From: Gonapodya sp. JEL0774
Taxonomy: Eukaryota
DNA: 64,000 nucleotides
Assembly (NCBI GenBank): GCA_027604505.1
Contig: JADIIX010000080.1
Coordinates: 1 to 64,000 of the forward strand
Reading direction: 5' to 3'
The position numbers were made by a program, and so were the translations under genes. Below are positions 24,227-38,369 of this stretch, in pieces. The first letter of the stretch is position 1. The number at the start of each line of letters is the position of its first letter. The notes under the pieces were generated by a model. The model was not told where the DNA came from. It was given only the letters and a program-made list of their open reading frames with translations, and ran no database searches.

Positions 24227-27200
24227 ATGGCGGTTGTTCACCCGGTTGGGGAGGAGTCCTACAGGGAGGACGGAGAATCAGAGACAGACACCGAGTCAAA
24301 CTTCGAATACACGGATGCGGGCCCTGGGAAGATCATGCTAGATGACAGTGATACTGTTGTCTATACTCCTGGTCATGGTGGGTGGCTCGAAGAGCGTACG
24401 CTGTTCCCAAGACGGTAAACTGGCCAGCGTCCTTGCAGAGGTGTTCTCTCAGTCCGAGCACCATACCATCCCCATACCGATTACTGAGCAGAACGAGCTT
24501 TCTCTTGAGAGAGGTATCCACCGCTTCCCTGACCGTGGTGGGGGAGCACAAGACGACCGCGCTGGATTCTCGACGCCCTTCCAAGAAACAGAGATGTCCA
24601 TGAACTTCGGCTACAATCCTTTCGGCGAAGATGTCCTGTACAGCTCGGAGAGTTATGGCGCAGATGGATTTGGTGCGAGAGCGGATGCTCCATCCGCTGA
24701 CGGTGGCGAAACCGATTTGAATATGAACCCGGTGGATTCCGGCTCCAATCGCACAGGCGCGGAGATTGGCCAGGTCGTAATTGGTGATTTAAATACGTCG
24801 CTGGACAACACTTTTGTGAGCGCCGACCTGTACACCAACACCACTGTGCCATACGAGGACGGCTCACTGACCATTCTTGCCGACATGTCATTTACGCGCG
24901 GTCATCGTGGAAGAGACACTGATCACGAAGATGGCATCGATGGTCTCAAACAGCAATATCATGATATCGACGACAGAGCCACTCCCGATATTGAGTCGGG
25001 TTTTGATTTTGCTAATGTCACCATGCCTGATAACAACAGCAGTCTAGGGATGCCCTCAATGTCTTTGGGACACACTCCTGACCAACTTTCGCCGCAGCCG
25101 TTCGCCTCTCCCTCTAACGTCTACGCGTTTGCTCAACCATTGGACCGCTCTGACTCCGCTCCATTCAATGAACTCATGGACGCGATTCAAAGGGAGGCAA
25201 TCGGAGCGGAAGACACCCAGGATGCGCCAAAAGAATACAAAGAACGGCGTGGGTATGACCTTTCAGGATCCGAGCTGCGGTAGGAGACATCGCCGTGAGG
25301 AATCTTCCTTGGAGTTGGGGGTTGGAGGAGTGAGGTTGGTGGGGATGGGGTTTGGGAAGCGCCGAAGCAACGTTGGACAATACGGATGGACAATGCTTGA
25401 AGCGGTTTCCCGCTGTGTATTTGAAGATTGACTTCAACTAATGTCGCTCCCTCCGAATAACAGATTTGTATGTCTACGATCCTTCCGATGGCTCGTTGGC
25501 TCAAAATCAATCCAAGTCGCAGCAGCCTTCCAATCACTTGTATCAGCGCCCTAACTCGAAATTCGCATTAGACGTTCGAGGACAGGTGTACGATGAAACT
25601 GCTAGGGATAACGTTGAGCGACCCCGTCATGTTGACCCAGGAATACCAAATATGGGTGAACCGTCGTGCTCCGTGGTTTTGTCACTACTCCTTTTTGACA
25701 AAATTGGACTTTTAGACACACATCCCCAAAACTTGGACTCTCAGAATACACAGAAGATAACCCGTACTGACGTTTTCGGGCACTCGACTAGCCAACAACC
25801 GTTTGCCGCTCCTGGAGGCTCCAATTACGGTGATTTGCGCACTACAAGGAAATCCGCTCTTCAGTCCTAATACAATATTCATCAGCAGAGATTACGCCGC
25901 ACGAGCACATGTTGATCCCTTCCTCTAAATTGAATACAACCCCACGGTTTGAGCTCGGTTTTGTTTCAGACGAGCGATTCGACTTTCCTTATCACTTTCA
26001 GCAAGAGCAGCGAACGAGCACATATGGGGCACCGCAGATTATCTACACAGCAAGACAGTATGAGGGTTGGGACAGATCGTCACCTTTGGGAGGAATCGAA
26101 GCTCTGAGAGGACCAGGCTCCAATACAGCGAGCCTCCCTGCAGCATCGGAGTGGATTGCAATAGATTCGGAGCTTATAGGAAGAAATACCCGACATCGCT
26201 TTTCTGACAGTTTCAAAGGAGAGTCGGTGGATCTGAACGTGAACAAGGAATCGGACACCGCATCACATTCTTTCAAGACACAAATTGTGGACATGAGCGG
26301 ACACCTCTGGGCGTATGGGGCTCCCAACTCTACTTTAAATCAAGGGGATGTGGCGAATGTCCACAATGAACCTACAGAGTTGCCGGCTAACATTAAAGTT
26401 GAACTTTCCGAATCGTCTCCGCCGAATGGTGAACCCAGTACATTAACAAGTCAACCGTCCATCGTCGCTGGTCGGGTGATGACGGGATCACTTCATGCTA
26501 ACGAGCAGGATTTGATCAACTTTCACCAGTCCGAAAATGCTTATTCGTTAAGGCCTTCACACTCTTCTCGGCGCCCCTCTCTGAACGTTGGTGTACCTCT
26601 ATCAGTATCGCATCAAAAAACCACACAAAGACGGCAGAACACTGCTGAAAAACTGCTTGCTGCTACTGCCACTCCGATTTCAACAGGGGGTGGGGTTGCG
26701 ACAGCCTTTGTTGCTCCCGCATCTGCCACAGCCATGCATAATTTCGCAGATGATCGCATGGAATTAATAGAGGACGACCATCAGGATGGTGCATCAGATG
26801 AAAAGAAGCACGTGTGTAGAGCATGTGGTATCAAGTTCAACAGGAGCCACAACCTCAAGAGTCACATGCTGGTGGGTTCACCAATGTGAACCGGCGCGAA
26901 TGCTAATTCATGTGTGTATCCAACTGTGTCGCTTCAGACCCATACTGGTGAGCGTCCATTCAAGTGCGAAAACTGTGAGCTGTCTTTTTCTCGCCTCCAC
27001 GACTTGCGACGGCACAAGAGACTCCACACGGGCGAGCGACCTCATGTTTGCGCTGGCTGTGACAAAAGTTTTGCTAGGTGAGTTTGGATAGGCCTACAAT
27101 ATTGAGCACGACGCATTCGTGTAGCGAGGAACTGGATGTGCACTCGGGACATTTGCCTCCGAGCCTTGCACCCCTCAGTTGAAACTTTCCTATTGTTTGC

Positions 27201-28017
27201 TAGGCGTGACGCTCTTCGCCGTCACAAGCGCTCGGGGCAATGTACTGGCGGTATCACAATGTGCTCTGACGACGAGATTGCGGAGGGTGGTCGCCTCCGA
27301 GTTGCGAAGTCTCGTTCAAAATCTGCCGGCATCTCAAAGTCTGCTGCGAACTTTCCCACCACGGCACGAACAGTATCAGCATCGTCGACTGGGTATCATG
27401 ACTATCGTGAGCCTGAGTTCAGCGGTGTCCCTGTTTCCGTCGAGAGAGCTGGTGTGGCGTCAGCAACGGACTCTGAAGTATTGCCTGACGATCTCGCACA
27501 GGAGCCTTTTTCTGGGACAGTCTCCAACCGCCAGCTAGCAAATCGGCTTGAGATTTGGGGGAATGTGGGCGGGTACCTTTTGGAGACTGATCCCAACATC
27601 GGTCGAACATTTTCAGTGTACTCGGCGAACCCACTAGTCGGCGCCATAACGTCACCACTGTTAATCATGGAGTCCCAAGCTGTGATGATGGAGCAACCCT
27701 CAAATGAACAACTTGCAAAGAGTAGAGAACATGAACAGCATCAAGAGGAGCGTGAAAAGAATTCCCTTGTTCATGATGGAGATTGGGGTTTATCGGACAG
27801 TCGTGACCTTTCCGACTCGGAGAGCAATGAGAAGTACGAACAACAAAAACTTGCGTACAATTCTGGGGACTCAATACCTGACTTTGGTGAAGACCGTGAT
27901 GCTTCAGACGATGGATTCATCACCGACGCAGGGGATTTGGAGGGCGACACGGCACTCAAAGAGTTCTTCCGTGAGGATTGTGAGTTTGAACCCCCAAAGA
28001 AAAAAATGAGGAAATGA
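24227..28017 (+). CDS. C2H2 zinc-finger transcription factor (3 fingers) with long acidic/disordered flanks
   Basis: [75 protein letters not shown]. Frame-compatible introns link the upstream ORFs; C-terminal PPKKKMRK. Confidence 0.85.
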
Positions 28018-29345
28018 CCTGCAATTATGACATATTGTTGGGGACGATACCTTTTCTATCACCCGTAAATAGTTTCTAAATAGTTTTGTTTGTATATTAG
28101 TCCTTTCCGGAGTCGGTTCAAAGTTCAGTCCATAGTTAAATTTCATCGTCAACCGTTTCCATCGTTTACAGAATGGTTGAGTCCAAGACAGGCAACGGTA
28201 CGGATATTGTGGGACCATGATGCCCCAAACTATCATAGGTCGGGGGTTTCCCTTCATGCTGCGATGTTCTCATTTATGACCACCTTTTAAGTCCCCGTTT
28301 CGAGTGATGCTGTCGCAGGATACCCAGTGAGCCCCGAAGTCACTCTCTTTCTTCTTATTTTCTGAAACGCGTCTCTGTTTAGGATATCGGAAAGAACATA
28401 CAGCTTGGGGAGGCCCCCACCGATATGAAGGCCAGACTTGAGGCTACCGGAAAGGAAAGCCAATCCGAAAACATCATTGGCTCCAAGAGCAAGCAAGCAA
28501 GAAGGCGTTCCGTCAAAAATCCCGGAGATCTAGTGGGAAGGTACGTTCGAATGGCAAGATGACGTCAGTCCACTGATGTAAACAAGTTTGTTCTTTGCAC
28601 CGTTGATCAGGTACAACGAGCCAGAAGGAGGAGTCGTCCCCAAAACTGCGAGTGAAGGTGAACTTGAACAGCTTTTCGTGCTTTTCGGAATGTGTTTCCT
28701 CAACAGGTGGTTTGGACTCAGCAGCTGTATCGGCGGCCAGGGCGGGAGAGGGCGAAGTCTCCAACAAAGAGTGAGCATCGCGACAAAATTAATCTTTCTA
28801 ATATTTGTATGGATGCACTTCCTTTGATTTCCATTCTAGGCCGCGACTTCTGCACAGTGAGGTAAATATGGCGCAAGCTCGCAGAGATCTCTCTCTGAGA
28901 ATCAGAGAATAAAGCTCTTTCACCTCAATTAAATAACTATTAGAACCCGGAATTCGCAGACGAGTGGGGCGTCGATAACACTGCAAAAAGTCAAGACAAG
29001 TCCTACGGTGGGAGATCATCCAACGAAGGTGTGGGTCGTGGAAAGGGAATAGAAATGGCTCAAGAGATTGAAAACCGCAAGCGTGCCGAAGGAAAAGGTC
29101 CCGAGAAGGCTTTACTGGAGGCGAAAAGACAAGGTGCGATTGATACGAACGAGCCTGTTGAAAGCACGAAAAAGTCAAAGATTTGAGGAGAAAGTCAATG
29201 ACGGAACCCCCGAATTGTAGTGCAGCCGTTTTGGAACGAGGAAATACATTTGAGAACGAATACCTCAGGGAGAAGTCGGTGCACGGACCAAATAATGAAT
29301 TGAATTTGAACCTTCCTCATCGCCTGCTTCGACGCGTGGGAGGCA

Positions 29346-30628
29346 ATGTCTGAGCATACGCTCGTGGGCTCAACGAACGGCCCCTTTTCTCTTAATGAAT
29401 TGGAAGCTGGGAATTCGAGCTTCGTGGATGGGGTGGCGAAGAATGCAGAATCCACAGAAAGGAAGCGTCGAGGAATGTTTGCTGGTTTCTTTGACGCAGG
29501 AGCGAAAGGATGGCGCGTTGTAGGAGAGATTGCAGTAAGTTATGCGCGCTGAGATAGTTCTGGCATTCGTGTGGCGGTTCTTTGAAACTCAAAACCAGGA
29601 CCGGTTCGCAGGCCAAAACCGCGGACGTCATTGTTGGCGGTGCTGGGTCTCCTGGGCCGATTCGAACCTCTTCTAGAGGTGACATCGAATCCACTAACGC
29701 GACTGCTCCTTCAAGGAATCCTCGAGGTACCCAACGTCCTTATGGGAGTCAGCACTTAGTTCAGAATCTTTATGAAGCACCGTCGTTCCAACCACCTCCT
29801 ATCAGTCAGCAAGTCATCCGAGAACGCAGGCACCAGAATCGGACTCTCTCGGGGAACCCGTACGGGCAATTCGCCGTTCCATCGAGTCCCTATGATACAG
29901 CTAATTCAGTCTCAGCACAAGGCGGCCGCCGCTACAGTCGAAACCCAACACAATGGAGCCTCAAAGATCTTGATTGCGACAATGAAAGATTACAATCCGT
30001 CCATGATCGAGCCGGGTCGGTCTCCTCCCTTCAAATCCATCAACCCCCAACACAGGTCACGGTAGCTTCCGAACAAAAAGTGGCTGTCAAATCTAGGCAT
30101 GCCAGCTCCGAGAATCACCATGAAAGCTTTGAACCACCTCTCCACCACCCGATTCCGCTACGCAGCCGCCAAGGAAGCGCCATTTCGTTTCAGCTACCAC
30201 CACCAAGCGCGATTCCCAATGTTTTGCGCGTCTACAGTCAAACTTCGTTGGGTTCAGCTCAAGTTGATTCGGGCTCTCAACGGCAACTCTTACAAACAGG
30301 ACCAAGGGATTCTATCGCACACACTGCAGCCGCCACCTACAGCGACCCATATCCAGGCATTGTTCTTAAGTCAACTCACAGAGCCACGAAAATTTCCACC
30401 ACACCAAGCGAGAAAAGAACAAACCATTCAGTGAAATCGCGCCCCACTTCTTTCGCCTCGGCCTCCTCAGTCACCCTGCTGAATGAATCAGGTCGAGGAA
30501 GATCCAGTCAAGATATATTGGCCGACCTTGAGGAGGGTTTTGGTGGGGGGTTTCAGAAGGTCGAAGAAAGCAAATGGAGCCTGTTTAACTACACCGGGAG
30601 AAGGAGGAAAGGTGGAGAAATGGTGTGA
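29346..30628 (+). CDS. Hypothetical Ser/Pro/Arg-rich disordered protein, 2 exons
   Basis: ATG at 29346; gtaagt..gcag intron joins to a 348-codon ORF; no recognisable domain. Confidence 0.5.
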
Positions 30629-30882
30629 ATCACAAGAAGAGATATGAACATTTTGAGCTGGTTGTCCGATCCTGAGCTGCTTGTCCCATTCCAAAGGTTT
30701 GGCCACTATGACCGTGTATATACTTAAGCTAAAACGTACATTTAGGATAATTCTGGCGTGTGAACTAGGAATGTATTTTTGATTATGACAAACTGCCACG
30801 AGCAGTAATCGTGAGATCCAATAGTAATATGTTGTCTAATGTCCATGCACAGTCAATCTACCCATCTCCACGATCACCGACA

Positions 30883-32715
30883 CTATACCGCCGCCTTGGC
30901 TTTCTTTTGCCTCTCTGTAAGCCATGCTCGTGCCGTGTCGCCTCCGAACACGATGCAAACTGTCAGGGGTGGGGAAGGGAAGGGGGGAGAAGGGGGGTGT
31001 GCCCCACCGGTAAGTTTCTTGAGTTCAACACAAATCCTATCGGCGACCACCCACCCGTCTGCCATACTCCTAGACCGATCCTGGGCGTGACCCCGCGGTA
31101 AAATCCTATAAAACCATTTTTCTGGTAAATGTAGCGAGCGACGTTGCCGATTGTCATCTTTGCAGGCCGATCCGCGGCTTTAATCTGAGATTGCATTTCG
31201 ACACGAATAACCTCACTGAAGACAATCGAGCGAGAGCAATGTCAGAAGAAGAGCCACAACATCTCGAGGCCATACACTCACATTGGCTGGTTCCAGCAAC
31301 TCAATGCTCCCGAAATTACCGAAGCCGAAATTCGTTGGAGTGGGGTTAACGGTTTCCCTTTTTGATCTTCTCCACGAGCGTTTACCATAACGGATTCAAC
31401 TATTCGGGCGATACCGATTCGCGAACCCCAGTTGGTCATCTAGCAAGATCAGGAGTTGCGGTGAGGGGAAAGAGGAGGTGTAGCCATACGGCAGGCCTAC
31501 CTGTCGGACCGCCACAGCGTTAACACCTTTGTTGATCCCTCGGATACCTTCACGTTTGAAGATATCTCGGGCGATTGTCCAGGTGGAAACGGTGTGGTCA
31601 GGGTTCTTATGCCGTGTGACCTCAACCGTTTTCATAAAGGTGCAGAAGCTGGAGATCCGCAAAAAGTTCGAATCAGCACAAATTATAAATCAATGATATG
31701 AGCGTAGCTGGGTGCTCTTCTTATGGGACGAGCGGATAGTTTTAAACTCACCCCATAGTTGTATAAGCTTGTGCGATACCCCCCCCCATTCCGGACAAGA
31801 TTCCTGCGGCGCCCTTCGACAACCCAAGATTTGATCGCGCATGGTATTCGAGCTCGGATGCTGTAAAGAGCAGAATCCCGCCCTTGGTCGAGGCCTCAAT
31901 CCATGCCCACTATTGACAACTTCTGGTTAGGGCAGCCGCACAACGCGATAGCAGCAGCGCCGGGCCAGAACCAACCGGAATAAGACCTTGGTAAAATCCA
32001 AGAACACCACCACGCGCGTATGTTTTCTTGACAGCAGTCAGAAACCCGTCTCCTCTGTTACCACGAACACGAAACAAATTCACAGAGTCAGCTCGCTATG
32101 CGAAGCTACGTGACAAATGCGTCCTCACCTGTTCGCAGCCATGTGCGTCTTGACGACCTGTACAACGGCAGAGATCAGATGGCTGATTGAGTGCTAAACG
32201 GTTACCGAATCGCAGAAAGTGCCCATCTCACCTCAAAGGGTTGTCCTAAGGTCTAAAATCCATGCCATAATCGATTGAGTCAGAAGGGACGGTCATGGAA
32301 GGCATTAGGATGTTCAAAGTGGTTAGTGATCCACTTTGGAATGTCGTGTCATCCAGTGAGAGCAGAAGACTTTCAATTGAAAGAACATCACCCCATTTTA
32401 ATTTAGCTTAATCCATCTTCGTGGTTGATTTGATGGTGCTCTCCAGCATTCAAAACTTGTCCCCCAGTACGAGCTTGTCTACGTGTGGAGCTCAACGCCG
32501 ACACTCAACAAATCCCAGCAAATCCTCCTGCTCCCACCTCAGTCAGCTTCACTCGAAGCCATTCATTACGATGCTGCACCTGCGCGCGTGAAAATCTTGC
32601 AACTCACCGAAACCTCGAAGATGGTCAATGCGGCTCCCAGCGCGAGGTTCGAGAACTGAATGGGCTTCTTCTTCACAGTTCCATCGTCTGGCGTGGAGTC
32701 GAACGATGGTGCCAT
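30883..32715 (-). CDS. YHM2: Mitochondrial citrate/2-oxoglutarate carrier Yhm2
   Basis: [107 protein letters not shown]. Confidence 0.93.
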
Positions 32716-33724
32716 GGCGATTGTGATCGAGTTTGTTTGGGATCAAAGGTTTGGAATTGAATAACGTGTGTGTTTTGGGAGAGTTGAAATTGGGGGTTTC
32801 GCGGCTCCGCATTCGGCTCATTCCTCACTGCGCCCTGGTGGAAGTCGTACCCCCAAACAGTGAAACCTCTTTGTATTTTACTCGTTCCGCAACAACACAT
32901 ATTTAGATTCAGGACGATCCACGCGCACAAACTGGTGCTTTTCGGAAGTTGAATTTAAAAATTCTGATGAAAATCTCAAATTGCCCTGTTTCGTCAGACC
33001 GAATCAGCATGTGTACGTGTCCATGGCGCATTCTTCAATTCACATGCATTAGACGGTTCTTCACGCAAACTTTCAAAGGAGAGAAAGGTCTGATGCAATA
33101 CGTAGACTTATCAGCGTTTGGCTGTTGTGTACCCATTGACGTAGCGAACACAATCAAACAATTGATTTGATACCGATGAGAAACAGACCGCCAAAATAAT
33201 AGCCGCGCGCACCTGAAACCTATAATCACGAAAAGAACCCGACCACCCGTGGTCGTTGAGTAGTGCTACTTCATGGCGTTGAATTTCCAGCCTCTCATTA
33301 CCGGGATTCATTTCAACAGGAGACAGAGAGCGAATCTCATCGTAACTGTTTTGTACTGTTGTTCTGGAATCAGGCATTTACGAAACAGATGTTGTGGCAG
33401 GATCTGTAGCTGCTCATCATCATACCCTGCTGGCTGCCGCTTGCCCCTTTCGCCAACCCATTCATCCAAAGTGTCCGATTTTTTCAAACCAAAAGCGACC
33501 ATCTCACTTATTTACATTCAAAATTTTGTTTCTCTTTCTCGTCCGAATCTCTCTTGAAGTGGAAAACCCTGTCAGACTCGACATCAGAAAGTGGCTTCGT
33601 CATACTCCTAGGAGGACTACGACACGGAACCGTGATCAGAACAACATTTGGTTCGCCTCCTACGAACTTTTGCCCTCCAATCGTTCTCATCCAATTCACC
33701 CAACCACTCCCTCGCTCCTCCGAA

Positions 33725-35037
33725 ATGGATTACGGCGCTGACCGATACAGCCGCCAGGCCTCCTCCAGCTATTACCAGCAACAGTATGATGCCCGTTACG
33801 GAAACCAAGCAGCGAATTCTGGGTGGGGCCAGTGGAATCTGATTACGATGTCGAGCTATGTGGGGACCGTTGGAGGGTTCGCGTTCCTGACGCTTAGTCT
33901 AGGTATGTTGCCGTCATATGTTCGATGAATGAAAATCTCATGAAGAAACTGTAATGATGGTCGCTGTGTCGCCTGCGGTGGCGTGTGTGCCTTGAATTTG
34001 GCTTTTCAATTCGTTTACACCTATAAGCTTGTGGGCTCTATTACCTCGCCGAACTCGTCGAAGAATACTCCATCGTCGCGAAACGCGTGATCAAGTGGTC
34101 ACTCATAGTACGTGCACCACACTGCCTGAACGATCATCATCGCCAATGTCACCCAATGTCGGAAACACTCTTCTGCCCGTTCAATCCCCACTTTTAGACC
34201 GTCACAGCCCTCCATCCCCTCCTGTACTTTGTTGATGGACTTTCCTTAAGCCGGGTCTTATTTTCCCTTGCTTGCCATGTCGTGTACTGGCAGATGCTGC
34301 CAAGCTTCCCCGTGGTCAGGCTGTCCAGCTGGGTCTTCATTCTGAGCTGTGGTGAGTCATATCGATGTTTGCGGATCGAGAAATGGAGAACCGAGTGTTT
34401 CAAAGTCCCTTGATGCTTGGAAACCTGTCCTCTTCCATTCTCCACTATTCTCCTTCGAATCTCACGGACACCACCGGCCCACCCACTGTCAACTACAATT
34501 TACATTAGTTCTTGCCGTTTCCAACCACTTCTTGTGGTTCTCCTACTTCGCACGAAACTACCACACGTTCGCACAGGTATCGTCTTTCTTCGGAATCTAT
34601 GTGTGGCTGGTGCCTTTCGAATTCTTCATAAGCTTGTCAGCGAACGAGAATGTATTGCCGAATTGGGGTGAGTTCCATCTGTGAGAGAGTGAGAGGTTCC
34701 GAGACGAAAGTGCAACGGTGTTCCGGTGGACGTTCTGCTGCTGGTGTCTGGCTGTGGTACTTGAGTTCGTTGTATGATGACCGATGGTTCTACTCGTACG
34801 AAATGCTCTTTTACTCATCTCTCCTCGCGACGGCCCCCAGATTCCGCCTCCCGCCCACCCTCTCAATCTTCCCTGTTCCCCACTTCTCCTTCCTCAACCC
34901 AGTTCGACAACACAAATATTTACCCCCCTGCGACGTCTCGACCCCGAAAGAGCCGAAATTTGATTCGGTGGTTAGTAGAGACCGTATGGAGGGGGGGTGG
35001 GGACGTGCTGCCCAGCACAAGAGGAAAGGCATTATAG
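33725..35037 (+). CDS. SVP26: ER-Golgi cargo adaptor Svp26/Erv26 (TEX261 family)
   Basis: FAFLTLSL|ACGLYYLAELVEEYSIVAKRVI..NHFLWFSYF..SFFGIYVWLVPFEFFISLSANENVLP. Confidence 0.92.
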
Positions 35038-35582
35038 CTTGTGGTCCAATGCGAGGGCAGGTGGTTCGCACCAATCATGCACAACAATTTAACACTTAAT
35101 TTTGAGTACCGAGCAAATGGAATCAATCAAAAGGTCAACCGGGCGCACTCTCATACAGACGTTGTACAATATGGCATCTCGGTGCATACATCATAGTGCG
35201 TTGAGGTTCACTTCCCTTTTCAGGTCGCTTGGCAAAGCAAACCAACACGTTTATTCAACAGTGCGAAGAAGATGTGTTGAGGTATGTGAGGATTGGGGAC
35301 ATTGCGCTAGTGTCGCATAGAAGTGACCTCCGGCCGGAGCCCTCTTAACTGTTCCCTCGTTCTTAGTCTTTTTGGTTCAATTTTAGAGGGTATCCGGTTG
35401 GTTTTTTGGCGTGGAAGACCTTGTTCTTTTTTGTGAAGTCTCAAGGTGCCGATGCTTTGTGTGCCAGGCCCACTTGCCCCCCGAAAACCCGACTTCAAAT
35501 CTTCAGATTTGACCCAACTGCAACTCGCTCCCGCTCGACTCTCACACCCACTTCTCAGCACTCAGACCAAATTTTGTTATCG

Positions 35583-38005
35583 ATGCCTGCACCCCTGAGC
35601 CACGCTGCTCCCATCAGCCCGCGTCCTCCGCAGCAGCCCGCTCATTCTGGCGCCAACAGCGCCTCGGCCTCAAGGAGCCGGAACCAGAACGGCATCGACG
35701 CGGCATCAGGCGTGTCATCAGGGTCCGCTCGCCTTGTGGTGAGGACGCTTATTACACGGGACGACGTCGCAAATGTCATCGGTCGAAATGGATCGAAAAT
35801 TCGAAAGATCAACTCTGAGGCGCAAGTTCGGACGACGTTTTCGCCCAACGTGGAATCAGTCGAGGATAGAATCATGACAATTACTGGACCAGTCCATGGT
35901 ATTGCGAAGGTGAGTACTCATGTGCTAGCTTAAGGCCACATCCTCCTTCTGGGCCATCGTTGTTCCATGTCTCGTTCAATATCGTGTTACTCACGTTTTC
36001 TCGCTCTTCGAATTCCATCAGGCGCTCCGCCTTGTGGTTGAAAGGATCATTGACAGCCTCGAATTCGAGGACGAACAAAATGGCCAGAACGCCGCCGCTA
36101 AAGGGGCGGACCAAGAATACACGGACGTCGCCACTGTCCAGCTTCTTATTCCCGATTCAATGGCCGGAGCCATTATTGGCAAGGGTGGAGGTCAGATAAA
36201 GGATGTTCAGAAGTCGTCGAAGTCGAAGGTGATGGTGGGCAAGGAAATTCTGAGAGGGAGCACCGAAAAGTGAGTTTGTGGGTTTGCATCCTTTGCAGGG
36301 TAAAACAGCACATCAAATGGTACAGAAAGCTATGATACTATTCCAAGATTGGTCTTGAAATGAGTGGAGTCACGTGACGTATTGACTTGGTACTTTCCTC
36401 GAGAGCTGAGATGAAAATGGTGAACCAGGAGACATCATCCCTTGTCAGATGATAATAAGCATTGTCGGTGTACACTGACCGACCTCATCCCACATTCGCT
36501 CTGTGCCTGGCCCAACAGAATTCTTTCCGTTCAAGGAACCTCCAAGGCTATCGAAGCTGCCATGCTTGGGCTTGGACCCCTCATTATCGAGCACGCAGTG
36601 CTGGCGGTGGGTTGCTGTGCTCGTGATCATCGGTTAGCTGGACTATTGATCACATTGTCTCAATCAATGATGGCTCTGTGGACATCGTCTGTGTCGTCCA
36701 TAGTTTGGCACGGTTTACTACAACCCCAGTAACTCGCCTTCGCAGGTGTCTTTTGATACTGCCCCATCAAAGGAACCTGTTACCCGACCATCTGCTGCTC
36801 CCGCTACTGTGCCCGTCGCGACGTCTGCCCCTGAGTCGACACCTAAAGCTGCGAGGACCCCTTACCAAAAGCATGTACCAGTAGCGGCGCCCTCTTCCGC
36901 CAATTTTCCACCCAACGATCCCGTTGCGGCCCGCCCACCACCAACGCCCAAGAAACCTGCCGCGCCAATCGCATCTACATCGACCGAGGGCGATGATTCT
37001 GAAACTCTTGAAGAGGTCCGTGGAGGGACCCGTGCGAACAGAGATGGTCGGGGAAGGGGAAGGGGGACAAGGGCCAGGGGCAGTGTGTTTTGGGCAAAAC
37101 CCGAAGGAAGAGGGAGGGGAGTTAAGAGGGATAGCAAGGTCCAAGAAGATGCGGAAGTTGTGGAAGTCAATGGATCGGATTCTGGTTAGTGTTTTTAATG
37201 TGCATTCTGTTATCTCAGTCACTGATGCTCTCTGCTTCATTCAACAGCCGAGAAGTCGAGCTCCGTGCCTGTGGCTGCACCTATACCCGAGCCTGATGTC
37301 TCCGCCGGCCCACCTCGCTCCACCCGCCCAAGTGTCCGCTCTTTTTCAGAACCTCCGGCGGACCGGTCCGCGTCTGTTCCTCAGCCGGCTCGCCAAATTG
37401 CCCCGACAGCCGCACCATACGTAGTGGCTGCGCCGGACGTTCCTGCTGCGGCTGATGCAGACCATCATACTTCTTCTACCGTGTCATCGTCCCGGGTTGC
37501 TACTCAGAGTAGAGAGGATGTTGAATCAGCGAAGTTCGACTCTCAAGCATGGCGGCCGATATCAACCTGCTACATGTGTGGGAAAACCGGTCACTTAATT
37601 CACCGCTGCTTCGAAACGCAACGGTTGTGCCGGGAGGGCACTGTGTACATAGATGACACCAACGGGAGATTCGTTGTGCGGTACTCCGAGGATGGGTCCG
37701 GAGTAGTGTTTGCAAGAAGAATGTTGGACGAAGGAATTGCTATGAGGGATGTCATTGAGGGGAGGTATGATGCGGTTGAAGGAAAGTGGATTGAAGGAGA
37801 AGGGGTCAAGGGCACCCGGTACCCGGCCGAAGTGCAAGAGGCACGGGGAGGACGAGGAGGAGGACAGAGTGCGAGGGGAGCGAATGGCTTCAGGGCAAGG
37901 GGCTACATCTACCGGGGAAGAGGTGTCAATGGGGGAGCTTGGCGGGGAAAATGGAGACGGGATGGTGAGGCGGGGGCGCATAACGAAGGTGTGGAGCTCA
38001 AGTAG
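35583..38005 (+). CDS. RNA-binding protein: two hnRNP K/PCBP-type KH domains + CCHC zinc knuckle + RGG repeats
   Basis: KH1 VANVIGRNGSKIRKI; KH2 LLIPDSMAGAIIGKGGGQIKDVQ; knuckle CYMCGKTGHLIHRC (37568-37609); RGG/RG tracts. Confidence 0.8.
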
Positions 38006-38369
38006 GGAGAGCTTGTCCATGTGCGCTTGGAGGGAAGGGGGAGCATGAAGAACGCGAAAAACGACAGGAGGTTCATTCGTTTTACTGCAGGGTGTTTGAT
38101 ATCATTAAATGGGACGGGCTCCGCGTTACGCTTATCCTGTAGCGTGTCGGACATAGATCGGCAAAGACAAAATAACTGTAAATGCGCTCATTAGATACCG
38201 ATTTTCATGAACATTGTCATTTATGTTCGCCTCGGTGCGAGCATTTCAACAGAGCTACCCAATAATGTTAATGTATCGCTCGTATCAATGGCTTTTCAGC
38301 ACAAAAATCACCATATTTGTGAAGAGGTCCTCGTCAATTCTCTCCGACGTCTCCAGGGTTCCGTTTCAA

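Noticed and set aside
23362..24241. 185-aa and 141-aa minus-strand ORFs
   Set aside because: No motifs or convincing splice structure; they lie in the upstream region of the C2H2 gene.
24227..25870. A separate gene upstream of the zinc-finger ORF
   Set aside because: Frame-compatible GT-AG introns (e.g. 25830-25888) join it to the C2H2 ORF.
28287..28767. Possible small spliced minus-strand gene
   Set aside because: Some coding-like stretches, but no consistent model or recognisable domain.
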